NCBI RefSeq assembly: GCF_000008305.1
Contig: NC_006055.1
Span: 90,001 to 122,000 of the forward strand
Source: Mesoplasma florum L1
GTDB taxonomy: Bacteria; Bacillota_I; Bacilli_A; Mycoplasmatales; Mycoplasmataceae
Direction of reading: 5' to 3'
DNA: 32,000 nt
Both the position numbers and the translations under genes were made by a program. Position 1 is the first letter of the stretch, and every line of letters starts with the position of its first letter. This document shows positions 21,272 through 32,000 of this stretch, one piece after another. The notes below the pieces were generated by a model that searched no databases, was not told the origin of the DNA, and saw nothing but the letters and a program-made list of their open reading frames with translations.

Positions 21272-21609
21272 TGGCAAAGAAAAAACATGAAGAAGTAGTA
21301 TTGGTTGAAGAACAAATTGTTGAACAAACTAATACAGAAAAAAACAAAAAACAAAAAATAAAGATTTCTAAAAAAACTAAAAAATCAATCAAGGTTAAAA
21401 AACAAAAAGAAAAGAAAAATTTTAAATTAGCAATAAAGGAATTTCCAATTAAAATTGTTAAAGAATTAAACAAGATTAAATGATCTGGTTGAGATAACCT
21501 AAAAAAGAAATATATAATAGTTTTACTATTTATGATATTTTTCGCAATATTATTTTTCTGTATAGGATTAGGTATTGAAGCGTTATTTAGATTAATAAAT
21601 GTATATTAA
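21271..21609 (+). CDS. secE: Preprotein translocase subunit SecE with lysine-rich N-terminal extension
   Basis: ATG 21271 overlaps the rpmG stop. Single C-terminal TM region; VKELNKIKWSGWDNLKKK, then nusG downstream. TAA 21607-21609. Confidence 0.85.
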
Positions 21610-21620
21610 AAGGAGAAAAT

Positions 21621-22250
21621 ATGAATAAAGAAGAATTATTAAAATTAGAAGCTGAAATCTTATCATCAAAAGGACAATGATTTGTTGTTAACTCACAAAC
21701 AGGTCATGAAGAAAAAGTTTTAAATGACTTAAAAAATAAAATTAAAGCTGAAAAAATGGAAGACCAAGTTTTTGATATTAAAATTTCAAAAGGGACTGTT
21801 CTAACAAAAACTGGAAAACAAAAAGAAAAAAACTTATTTCCAGGATATTTATTTATTAACATGATTATGTCAGAAGAGTCATGATTCGTTGTTCGTAATA
21901 CTCCAGGAGTAACTGGGTTCATTGGATCTTCAGGACGTGGAGCCAAACCATTCCCATTAACTGTTGATGAAGTTATTGAAATGTTGATTCCAAAAACAGA
22001 AGTTATTGTTGAAGAGATTGAAACTGTTGATGTTCATAATGAAGCTGTTGCTAAAAAACCTTTATTTACAGCTCCATTTGTTGTTGGAGACTTTGTAAGA
22101 GTTAAAGAAGGAATTAATGCTGGTGAAGAAGGGGAAGTAAGTTCAATGGACTTTGAAAAAGGTGTAGCAGTTGTTCTTATTGAAATGTTTGGTAGATATA
22201 CAAACCTTGAAATTTCTTTCGAAAACGTTGAACCAGTTAAAGAATATTAA
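21621..22250 (+). CDS. nusG: Transcription termination/antitermination protein NusG
   Basis: ATG 21621. WFVVNSQTGHEEKVLNDL, FPGYLFINMIM, VRNTPGVTGFIGSSG and KOW-like FVVGDFVRVKEGINAGEEGEV. Confidence 0.95.
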
Positions 22251-22258
22251 TAATTAAT

Positions 22259-22280
22259 AAAATGACGTGAGTCATTTTTT
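22259..22280 (+). terminator. Intrinsic terminator after nusG
   Basis: AAAATGAC-GTGA-GTCATTTT followed by T-run. Confidence 0.7.
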
Positions 22281-22321
22281 ATTATTATTTCTATGTTAAA
22301 ATATTTAAAAGCAAAACTGAT

Positions 22322-22346
22322 CTAATCTAACGTTAATCGCGATTAG
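22322..22346. promoter_or_regulatory. Overlapping inverted repeats upstream of the RNase J-family gene
   Basis: TAATCGCGATTA (22334-22345) perfect 12-nt palindrome; TAACGTTA (22328-22335); CTAATC (22322-22327) / GATTAG (22341-22346). Confidence 0.35.
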
Positions 22347-22384
22347 TGAATATTATATTAATTAAAATAATAAGGAGAAACTAA

Positions 22385-24139
22385 ATGTCAAAAATTAAAT
22401 TTATGGCACTTGGTGGACAAGATGAAAGAGGAAAAAATCTTTTCGTTTTAGATATCGATGATAATCTTTTCATTTTAGATGCCGGTGTTAAATATCCTGA
22501 TAAAGGAATATTAGGTGTAGATATAGTTACACCAAAACTAGATTACTTAAAAAATAATAAACAAAAAATTAAAGGAATTTTTTTAACTAATTCTGCAAGT
22601 TACAATATGGGATCTGTTCCATACATTTTAAAAACAATGGATGTTCCAGTATACTGTAATGAAATAACTCAATTAGTCGGTAAAATTAAAATTTCAAGAA
22701 TGCGTATTAAAAATACAAAAGACCAAAACTTTGTTGTAGTTAAAGACAAACAAATTTTAGATTTTGGGAAAGTTAAAGTTGAAGTATTTAGAACTACATC
22801 AGCTTCACCTCAATCATATGGTTATGCTTTCCATACTGAAGAAGGAACTATTGTTTATGCTGGAGACTATATTATTGATGGTAAAGAACAATCTTACTTT
22901 TCAACAGATTTTAATCACATAAGTGAAATAGGTAAAAAAGGTGTACTTGCATTAATTGCTGATAGTGAATATGCATCAAGAAGCGGTTTCACTGTACCAA
23001 ATCATAAAATTGAAAATTTTATTTCAACTTCATTTAAAGAAAAGAAAACTAAAATAGCTATTGGTATTTTTGAAGAAGATATTTTTAAATTAGGTGAAAT
23101 ATGCATGGCAGCAAAAGAAAACAATCGTAAAATTGCTGTTTATGGAAGAACAATGACAGAAATTTTAAAATCAAATTTAATCAATGAAAATTTACAAATT
23201 GTTCCTGAAGACATTATAACTGTTGATGAATACATGAAATCAGAAAATGGTCTTTTAATTATTTCTGGAACAGGAGATGTTTTATATTCTAAATTAGCAA
23301 AAATTGCAACTGGTAATGATGAAGTGGTTGAGTTTACAGAAAAAGATTTAATTATCTTGGCTACACCACCAGCTCCAGGGGTTGAAAAAAGACATGCACA
23401 AATTTTAGATGAATTAGCTAGAACTGATGCTAGATTATTAGCGTTAAGTGATAGAAACATTTGATCAATGCACGCTTCATATGAAGATATAAAAGTTTTC
23501 ACAAGTATTTTAAATCCAAAATACTTTATTCCTGTTAAATCTTTATTTAAAGATTCTTTAAAAGCAGAAAAGGCTGCAATTGAAGCTGGAGTTAACGAAA
23601 GAAACATTGTTATTTTAGATAATGGTCAAGTAGCAAATATTTCAAAAAACTCTATTTCAATTTCAGACAAGAAAATAGATATTGGTAATTCTTATGTTGA
23701 CCAAGCAGGAGTTGGTGATGTTGGAGCTATAGTTTTAAATGAAAGAAAACTTTTAGCTACAGATGGTGTAATGATTATTGGTGCAACTATTGATTCAAGA
23801 AACAAAGAATTAATTTCAATGATAGATACACAAATGCGTGGAGTTTTATATATTAAAGAGGAAAACCCGATATTTAAAATAATTCAAAAAGAAATCGAAT
23901 CTCTTTTAGAACAAGGACAAAGTCAGTTTAAAGAAAACCCAAGTAAGTATGATGTTAATGAAGTTAAAAAAGATATTGCAACAAGAGTTAGAACTTTAAT
24001 TAAACAAGAATCAGGTAAACAACCAATTGTTTTAGTAATAGTTAACGAATATGATGGTAAAGACTATGTTTTTAAACCAAGAAACAATTCAAACAGAAAT
24101 TACAAAAATAATAACAATAATAAAAAAGGATCAAATTAA
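22385..24139 (+). CDS. RNase J-family protein (metallo-beta-lactamase/beta-CASP), predicted catalytically inactive
   Basis: FMALGGQDERGKNLFVLDIDDNLFILDAGVKYPDKGILGVDIVTP...DYLKNNKQKIKGIFLTNSASYNMGSVPYIL. Ends LNPKYFIPVKSLFKDSLKAEKAAIEAGVNERNIVILDNGQ plus the RNase J C-terminal domain. Confidence 0.9.
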
Positions 24140-24151
24140 TTGATCCTTTTT
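24123..24151. terminator. Bidirectional terminator between convergent genes
   Basis: AAAAAGGATCAA-ATTAA-TTGATCCTTTTT, perfect 12-bp stem. Confidence 0.85.
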
Positions 24152-24658
24152 CTATACTGTATACATTATTATCATAAATACTAAGAATGGTAATAAACAG
24201 AATGTGATTGTGTTTCTTCATCTAATTAAAACCGCTTCTTCTTTAGTATAAGTTTTTTGATATCTTAATCTTTTATCATTAAAATAGTTTATAGCTTTTC
24301 TATTTCTAATGTAGTTAATAATAAAAATAGCTAAAACTTCAATACATAAATATGCTGTAGCAACAAAAGCTGTTGCGTCAATAAATCTTTTTTTACTTGT
24401 TATATTAGGAGCAAAACTTGCAACATCTTTGAATGCATAACCAAGTCCAAAACTTAGTCCTATACCAATTAAAGTAATACCTAAAATTGATACTCAGCTT
24501 ACTCAATTAAATTTTTTGTTTTCTCTAAAATTTTTCATTTTAGTATAATTTTCAGCCGCTTTTAGATCACTATTTAATTCTTTATTAATATCCTTATAAT
24601 GATGATCTAAGCCTTCTTTTCTTAACTTTTTAAGGTTTTTTAATTCATTCTTTGCCAT
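24152..24658 (-). CDS. Hypothetical membrane protein (168 aa, about 3 TM)
   Basis: Minus strand ATG at 24658 with AAAGGAG RBS: MAKNELKNLKKLRKEGLDHHYKDINKELNSDLKAAENY...FNWVSWVSILGITLIGIGLSFGLGYAF... Ends with TAG at 24152-24154. TGA read as Trp, so absent from the ORF track. Confidence 0.75.
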
Positions 24659-24673
24659 ATTTGCTCCTTTCAA

Positions 24674-24702
24674 TTGACTTACATACTCTTTTAGTTTATC
24701 AT
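24674..24702 (+). promoter_or_regulatory. Candidate promoter of the opp operon
   Basis: TTGACT (24674-24679), 17-bp spacer, TATCAT (24697-24702). Confidence 0.45.
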
Positions 24703-24736
24703 ATTAAAAAATAATATAAATAAGGAGGTTAAGACC

Positions 24737-26071
24737 ATGATTAAATCAAAAAACAAAAGCACTTTAAAAAACTTTAACTTAGATGTGTTAGATTTAGATC
24801 TAAATGAAGAGTTAATTTATGCACAGCCTACATTTTGAAGAACCGTTTCATATAGATTCGATGAATTAAAAGAAGAGGCTTCAAAATATTTTAGAAGACA
24901 TCCACTTATAGGGTACTCTTTTAAACGTATTGTTTATGGGCTACTAACATTAATTGTAAGTATTGCAATAGTTTTCTTTTTAGTTAACTTTGTAACACCA
25001 GATTCTTCATATTTACCAGATGTATCTGAATTAGGGAAAATGGGAATTGGTACATCAGGACCAAAATATGACGCATTTTTACAAACAAGATTAGAATTAT
25101 TTGGTGTTAGTGGTAATGCTATAGAAAGATTATTAAGATATTTCAAAAACATTATTCCGTTTATTCCAAAACATATTTTAGTAGGGCAATCAGTTATATT
25201 CCCTAATGCTTCTGAGTTATCTAATTCTCAAATTATTATTAACACAGTTTTATTTACTGGTGGGCAAGTTGATGGTTTATTAAAATCAGGATCAAAAGAA
25301 TTAATTGATGCAATTACAATCAGCGCATCGTATAAAACAGTTTGAATATACTTAGGAGTTGTTAAATCAAGTTCAATGGGTATGCCAGGTTCAACAGAAG
25401 TAACAAGCTTATTTGCAAGTGCAATTCCATACTCATTTGGTATTGGAAGTGTAGCTGTTTTATTCTCTTATTTAATTGGTATACCTTTAGGTATTGAAGC
25501 AGCCAAAAGAAAAGGTAAAGCAACTGATGGGGCAATCAATGGTACTGCTACATTCTTATTAGCAGTTCCTTCATTGGTTATTGTTATCGCTATTTATTTA
25601 ATATCAATTTTAGTTTTTGGTCATTCTTCTATTTTTAGTTCTGGATCATTCTGAACAAGATTTTGACCTGTTGTTGCATTAGTTATATTAATGGCACCAA
25701 CAACAATTATTTTAACTAGACGTTATGTTGTCGACGAAATGACAGCTGATTACACTAAATTTGCCTATGCAAAAGGTTTAGGAGAATCAAAAGTATTTTA
25801 TGTACATATCTTTAGAAATGCTGGAGTAAGAATTTTACGTGAATTACCTTTAGATTTAGCATTTACATTATTTGGAGCTTCAATTTTAACTGAAACTCAA
25901 TGAAACATACCGGGTATGTCTCAATTAATTATTAACGGTGTTAATAACCGTGACTCATTTGTTATTTTAGGATTCATAACATTTGCATCATTAGTAAAAA
26001 TTGCAGCAACATTAGTTTCTGATTTATTCATGGTATTAATGGATCCAAGAGTTAAATTAAGTGGTAGATAG
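24737..26071 (+). CDS. oppB: Oligopeptide ABC transporter permease OppB
   Basis: Long N-terminal extension before the first TM; GMPGSTEVTSLFASAIPYSFGIGSVAVLFSYLIGIPLGI; FRNAGVRILRELPL. TAG 26069-26071. Confidence 0.9.
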
Positions 26072-26086
26072 AAAGAGGGGAAAAAT

Positions 26087-27058
26087 ATGATAAACATCGA
26101 TAAAGAAAAATTTGAACGCGAAAATAAAGTTAATTTTGAAGAAATTGACGAAAAAATGTTTGAAGTAGTCGAAGAACAAACTAGCGAAAGCGAAAGATTA
26201 AATTCTAAACCATATAGCTACTGAAAGTCTGTTGGTAAATTATTAGTTACATCTCCTACTTTCATGATTTCTATTTTAGTATTAATAACTGTTTTACTTT
26301 TAGCATTCATTGTTCCAGAAGTAATGAACTATAAAAATACTTCAAGTACTATTGGAGATCCTGCATTGCCATCTTGAGATCACATATTTGGTATTGGGAT
26401 GAATGGTGAAGATTTATTTGCTAGAGTTTGAGCAGGAACAAGAACAACTTTACTATTTGCTTTCTTAATTGCTGCTATTCAAGTTGCAGTTGGGGTTATA
26501 TTAGGTTCAATTTGAGGTTACTTTAGAAAATCAGATTTAATCTTCATTCAAGTTGCAAGTATTATTACAATTGTTCCTCAATTCATTTTATTACTATTAA
26601 TGGTTTTCTTATTCAATAGTAAAGGTTACTGAGTTATTGTTTTTGCTATATCACTTCAAGCATGAGTTGGTATTGCTCAAATGGTAAGGGTACAAATTAT
26701 GTTAGTTAAAAATACTGACTATAATACTGCATCAATTAGTTTAGGTTCAAGTTCATACAGAATCATAAATAAAAATATTATGCCAAAAATTTTACCAGTT
26801 ATTGTTCAAACAGCGGCATTTGCAATTCCGACTGCTATTTCAATTGAAGCATCACTTGCATACTTAGCATTTGACTTTATTCCAGCAGGTCAAACTTCTT
26901 TAGGGCAAATTTTAAACCAAGTTATGAATGAAACAAAATGACAAATTTATCCAAACTTATTAATTGCTCCAATGGCAGTTATTATGATAGTTTCAGTTGT
27001 ATTCTTCTTAGCTGCTAGAGTATTTGCTGACTCATTAGATCCGAAAAATCATAGATAG
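26087..27058 (+). CDS. oppC: Oligopeptide ABC transporter permease OppC
   Basis: HIFGIGMNGEDLFARVWAGTRTTLLFAFLIAA; EAWVGIAQMVRVQIM-like EAA segment. TAG 27056-27058. Confidence 0.92.
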
Positions 27059-27069
27059 GAGACCAACTT

Positions 27070-28638
27070 ATGGCTACAAATAAAGATAAAATTATTTCTC
27101 TTCAAGATGTTGTTGTTAAATTCAATGTTCGTGGAAGAATGTTAACAGCTATTAGAAACGTTTCTTTTGATATTTATGATGGAGAAACTGTTGCAATAGT
27201 TGGAGAATCTGGATCAGGAAAATCTGTATTAACTAAAACATTAACTAATATGTTAGAAAGTAATGGTTATATTTCAAACGGAACAATTATGTACTTTCCA
27301 ACTGAAGAATCAAAAAACAATTCTGAAACAGCTGTTAAAGAAGATGTAAATTTAGTTAACTATCATAAAGGTTCATTAACTTCAGATACAAGAAGAAAAA
27401 TTAAAAAAAGTAATTACAAAACAATTAATAATGCAAAAATTCGTTTAGAGGCACTTAACGCTCGTTTGGGAGTTAAAGGTGTTGATACAGACGACATATT
27501 AGCAAAAATAAAACAAGAAAGTGAAATTATTCATGATGCATATTATGAACTTTCAACATTCTCAAGATTAAGAAAAAGAACAGTTTTACGTTTAACTCCA
27601 ACAATGAAAGAAATTTCAAGTAAAAAACGAAATCTTTCTCTAATAAAAGGAAGACAAATTCTTGCTGGTCTAAGAATTCTTGCAGAACAAGAGTTTTTAA
27701 CAGAATTTGAATTAAACTTGAAACATGTTTTAGAAAAATTAAAAAATGGTGAAACAGTTGAAGAACATGAAGTTAATACTTTATTGGCTGCATGAAAATT
27801 TCAAACAACTCCAGCTTGATTAAACAAGAGAGAAGCAATAAAAAAATTAAAACAAGTTAGAGGGGGAACAATTGCTACAATTTTTCAAGACCCAATGACA
27901 TCATTAAACCCATTACTAAGTGTAGGTTTTCAAATTTCAGAAGCAATCAGATTGCATAATAAAGTTTCAAGACATGCTGCTAAACAACAAGCAATTGAAT
28001 TAATGAACAAAGTAGGTATACCAAATGCTGAAAAACGTTATCATGACATTCCAGGGAAATATTCAGGTGGTATGAGACAACGTATTGTTATTGCTATTGC
28101 ATTAGCATGTAAACCAAAAGTTTTAATTTGTGATGAACCAACAACAGCGCTTGATGTTACTATTCAAGCTCAAATTTTAGAGTTAATTAAAGAACTTAAA
28201 AAAGAATTTAATTTAACTGTAATCTTTATTACTCATGACTTAGGTGTAGTTGCAAATGTTGCAGATCGTGTTGCAGTATTATATGCTGGGCAAATTATTG
28301 AATATGGAACTGTTAAAGATATTTTCTTTGATGCAAGACACCCATATACTTGAGCATTGTTATCTTCATTACCTCAATTAGGAACAAAAGGTGAAGAATT
28401 ATTTGCTATTACAGGTACACCTCCAAGTTTATTTAACAAAATTAAAGGTGATGCATTTGCTCCAAGAAACAAATTTGCTTTAGCAATTGACTTTGAATAT
28501 AATCCACCAATGTTTGAAATTAGTAAAACTCATGGTGCAAGAACTTGATTATTAGACCCAAGAGCACCTAAAGTTGAAAAACCTAAAATGTTAGAAAACT
28601 TAAAAGAAGCTGTAAGTGAAGCAAAGGTAGGTGAATAG
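27070..28638 (+). CDS. oppD: Oligopeptide ABC transporter ATPase OppD with internal insertion
   Basis: Walker A GESGSGKS (27202-27225), TIFQDPMTSLNP, signature YSGGMRQRIVIAIAL, Walker B VLICDEPTTALD and ITHDLGVVANVADRVAVLYAG. Confidence 0.95.
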
Positions 28639-28639
28639 T

Positions 28640-30493
28640 ATGGCTAAGGAATCAATCATAAAAGTACGTGACCTTTTAATCGAATATGGGCACGGAAAAA
28701 ATAAAGTTTCTGCTGTTAAAGAAGTTTCTTTTGATATTTATAAAGGAGAAACTTTTGGACTAGTTGGTGAATCTGGGTCAGGTAAATCAACTATTGGTAA
28801 AGCCTTAATGGGAATTGAACCAATTAATGATGGAACTATTTATTATCAAGATACATTAGCTTTTGGTAAAGCACCAAATTTAATTAAGATGAATGAAAAA
28901 ATGGAACACCATATTAAAGTAATGAAACTTAATCAAACTGCTATTACTAAAGCTTTAGAAATTTATTCAGAAGAGTACAAACGTGTTTACTTCAAATATA
29001 TTGAAGGAAAATACTATGATTTAAAATCAAAAGAAACTGTTGAATATTCTGATAATAAAATTAGAAAAATTGAAGAAGGTTTAGACTTAAAAGATCATAA
29101 ATTAGTTTCTAAATCAAAAGATCCAAAATTAAAACTAGTTGAGGATGCTGTTAGAGAAATTATTAAAAGAATTTTAAAATTATACAAACTTCAAGACAAG
29201 TCTTTAGCATTTTTAAAAATGTTAAAAGAAGACGGAATCATTAACCCAGAATTATTAAAAAAAGTTAATGAATTACATTCAAAAACAAACAAATTAACAG
29301 TTAAAATTAGAAAATCAGAATCTAAGATGTATTTAACAATTCAAGAAATTGAAAAAGTTAGAAATGATGTTAGAAAAGGTAAATATAAATCAGTAAAAAG
29401 ATTTTTCTTTGATTTAGGTAAACTATTAGAAGTTTTAATTGCTGAACATAAATTAGTGTCGCCTATGATTTCTGATTTAAAACAAGCTCAAAAATTAAGT
29501 TCTGCAATTGTATCAACAGGTAGTGATAAAAAACAATGATTAAAATGAATTGATGAAAAAATAGCAACAATCGATGATAAATCAAAAGTTGCCGAATTTG
29601 AATTAATTAAAGATCTAATGTCTATTGAAAGTATTCAAAAAACATTAGAAAAATCACCAAAGTATTCATTACCAACTAGTTCAGAAAGACATGAATTAAA
29701 AAAACAAATGCAAATGATTTTCCAAGACCCAGCATCATCATTAAATGATAGAATGCCAGTTGAAGAAATTATTGCTGAAGGTTTAGATAATTTCCCTGAA
29801 TTATACAAAAATGAACAAGCTGCTCAAACTTACATTGACTGATTTAATTCAAATAATCCAGATAAAGTAGGAAAAATAACATTAGAAAATATTAGATACC
29901 AAAAAGTAAAACAATTTTTAATTTTACAATTATTAACTACTGTTGGTATGTTACCTGAACACTTGTCACGTTACCCACATGAATTCTCTGGTGGTCAACG
30001 TCAACGTATCGGTATTGCCAGAGCATTAGTTATGAAACCATCATTTGTAGTTTGTGATGAGCCAATTTCAGCACTAGACGTTTCTATTAGAGCACAAGTT
30101 ATTAATTTATTAGCTAAATTCCAATTAGAATTTGACTTAACATATATATTCATTGCTCATGATTTAAGTGTTGTTAGATTTATTGCAAATAGAATTGCAG
30201 TTATTTATCGTGGAGATATTGTTGAATTAGCTGATGCTGATGAATTATTCAATAATCCTTTACACCCATATACTAAATCATTATTATCTGCAGTACCATT
30301 ACCAGATCCTGATTTAGAGAAAAAGAAAAAAAGTATTAAATACAAACCCGAAGAACAACATTTTGATTACATTACAGATTCACCTAAATGAATCGAAGTT
30401 CAAAAAGGACATTTTATATTAGCAAATGAAAGAGAAGTTTCTGCAATAAAATCTGAAAAAAGAAAAATTAAAAAAATCGAGAAAGGAGCATAA
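28640..30493 (+). CDS. oppF: Oligopeptide ABC transporter ATPase OppF with large internal insertion
   Basis: ATG 28640. Walker A GESGSGKS, then about 310 residues to [13 protein letters not shown]; [35 protein letters not shown] 30491-30493. Confidence 0.95.
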
Positions 30494-30495
30494 TT

Positions 30496-32000
30496 ATGAA
30501 AAAATTACTTAGTATAATTGCTGCTGGGACTTTAGTTACAACAGCCGGATCAACTTTAGTTTCTTGTGGAATGTCTACAACAAAACTAATGGCAAGAAAA
30601 GTAAATACAAAAGAGTATAAAGGTTTCATGACTGCAGCTCTTAATACTTGATCACCTGGTTCAACTATGCAAAACTCAGACTCAATCATATTAGAAAACT
30701 TATATGATGGATTATTAACTCCTAATGCTCATGGTGAAATTGAAGGCCAAATGGCTGATTGATGAGGGCATAATGCAAAAGGAACTGAATATTACTTCCA
30801 TTTAAGAGATGAAGAAAAAACATCAGAAGATGGAAGAAAAACTGGAATTCCAAAATGAACAGCTGTAAGAAATGGTGAAATTAAAAGCACACAAAATGTT
30901 TCTACAATGGATTTCTACAATGCATTTAGATTCACATTTAATCCAAATTCTTCAGCTGATGGAGCTGCTCCAACAAATGGTTTATTTAAAAATGGAACAG
31001 CTTTAGAAGGCATTTTATCTACTATATCTGAATATGATGCAACAGTTCTTGGAGGAGCTAACTTTAGTAGAACAACTGCTCAAGGTGGTGAACAAAATAT
31101 TGGATCTGAATATATTTCAACAAGAAATTTTGACATTATTGTTATGTTAATTAATCTTTGAACAGCAACACCTGAAGGTCAGACTATAATTAATAAATTA
31201 GCTGACGCTAAACTTAATCCAATTTTAGATGTAAATGGAAATCCTACTGGTAAATATGATCGAACACCTGAATTTGATAATTTAATTGCTGAAATGAAAA
31301 AATATCAGGGTGAAACAGCATTCCAAAAATTAATTTCTGATAGTTCACAAAATGGTGGAATGATGGCTATTTCTCTTTCAAGTGAAGGATTAGGAACAGC
31401 TGCATCTTCAAAAGGAACTTATGATACTAGAACAGAACAAATGTATAATATCAGATATACTCTTGAAAATGCATCAACTTCTTTCTTTACTTCTGCGGCT
31501 GGATATGGTTCATTGAAACCATTACCAGATTATGCTGTGAGTTATTCAGATAATCAAAACAGATCATGATATAACTTTTCTAAAAGATATCAACCAAGTC
31601 TTAATGAAATGTGATTTTCAGGAGCTTATTATGTTCAATCATATAAAGCATCTTCTAATACAATTTTATTAAAAAATCCAAATTATTATCAAGCTGATAG
31701 AACATACATTGAAAAATTAATATTTACTTTAACTAGAAGTCAATCAGTTGATTCAAATAGACTTTGATTTGAAGGAGGAGATGCTTCAGAAGTAGCTATT
31801 TCTCCAAACGATGCTAGTGGTTGAAAAAAATATGTTGGTGATGATTATAATTCTGAAGAACAAAAATTTGCATTTGAAGGAACACATGCAACATCAACTG
31901 TTCCAAGTCAATATACATTCACAACATTCTACAATTATGGTAGATTGACAAATGATGGTGAAGATATTTCAAAATCATCTAGAGCTTTAGCACAAAAATC
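30496..32000 (+). CDS. oppA: Oligopeptide ABC transporter substrate-binding lipoprotein OppA (runs off the window)
   Basis: MKKLLSIIAAGTLVTTAGSTLVSC lipobox; ILENLYDGLLTPNAHGEIEGQMADWW...YYFHLRDE. Directly after oppF. Confidence 0.9.

Noticed and set aside
23140-23607. Minus-strand 155-aa ORF opposite the RNase J-family gene
   Set aside because: It overlaps a well-supported sense CDS and looks like antisense of conserved coding sequence.
1-32000. Apparent fragmentation of most genes into separate ORFs
   Set aside because: Nearly all breaks are in-frame TGA codons at conserved Trp positions, explained by genetic code 4 rather than pseudogenization.
1-32000. Search for defence systems, mobile elements, tRNA/rRNA genes and CRISPR arrays
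   Set aside because: No transposase, integrase, phage, nuclease-toxin or array signatures, and no tRNA-like cloverleaf I could support by eye; tRNAscan-SE and cmscan would be the decisive checks.

Overview
This 32 kb window comes from an AT-rich Mollicutes chromosome. In-frame TGA codons fall at conserved Trp positions throughout, so genetic code 4 applies; the gene order suggests the Mesoplasma/Entomoplasma/Spiroplasma group (inference). The supplied ORF track splits most genes at TGA, and I rejoined them by reading TGA as Trp. Content: the C-terminus of an FtsX-like permease; three tandem leucyl-aminopeptidase paralogs; a hypothetical gene; purA-purB-prs-pth; a minus-strand methyltransferase; a PAP2-like membrane protein; a decayed minus-strand membrane-protein locus; rpsF-ssb-rpsR; rplI-dnaB; a lipoprotein gene; an ECF-type S component; cysS, a TrmH-family methyltransferase gene, rpmG, secE and nusG; an RNase J-family gene; a minus-strand membrane protein; and oppBCDF with a partial oppA. 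I see no CRISPR array, transposon, prophage, rRNA or tRNA. Best leads: (1) an intact RNase J-family protein in which the HxHxDH metal-binding motif and the other catalytic histidine motifs I could align are replaced; (2) a short leader ORF whose stop codon lies in the 5' arm of a terminator just upstream of purA; (3) tandem aminopeptidase paralogs with a nearly identical central block and different conserved loops altered in each flanking copy; (4) a structured rpsF leader and a long C-terminal extension of S6; (5) a decayed membrane-protein locus. I did not find a clearly new multi-gene system.
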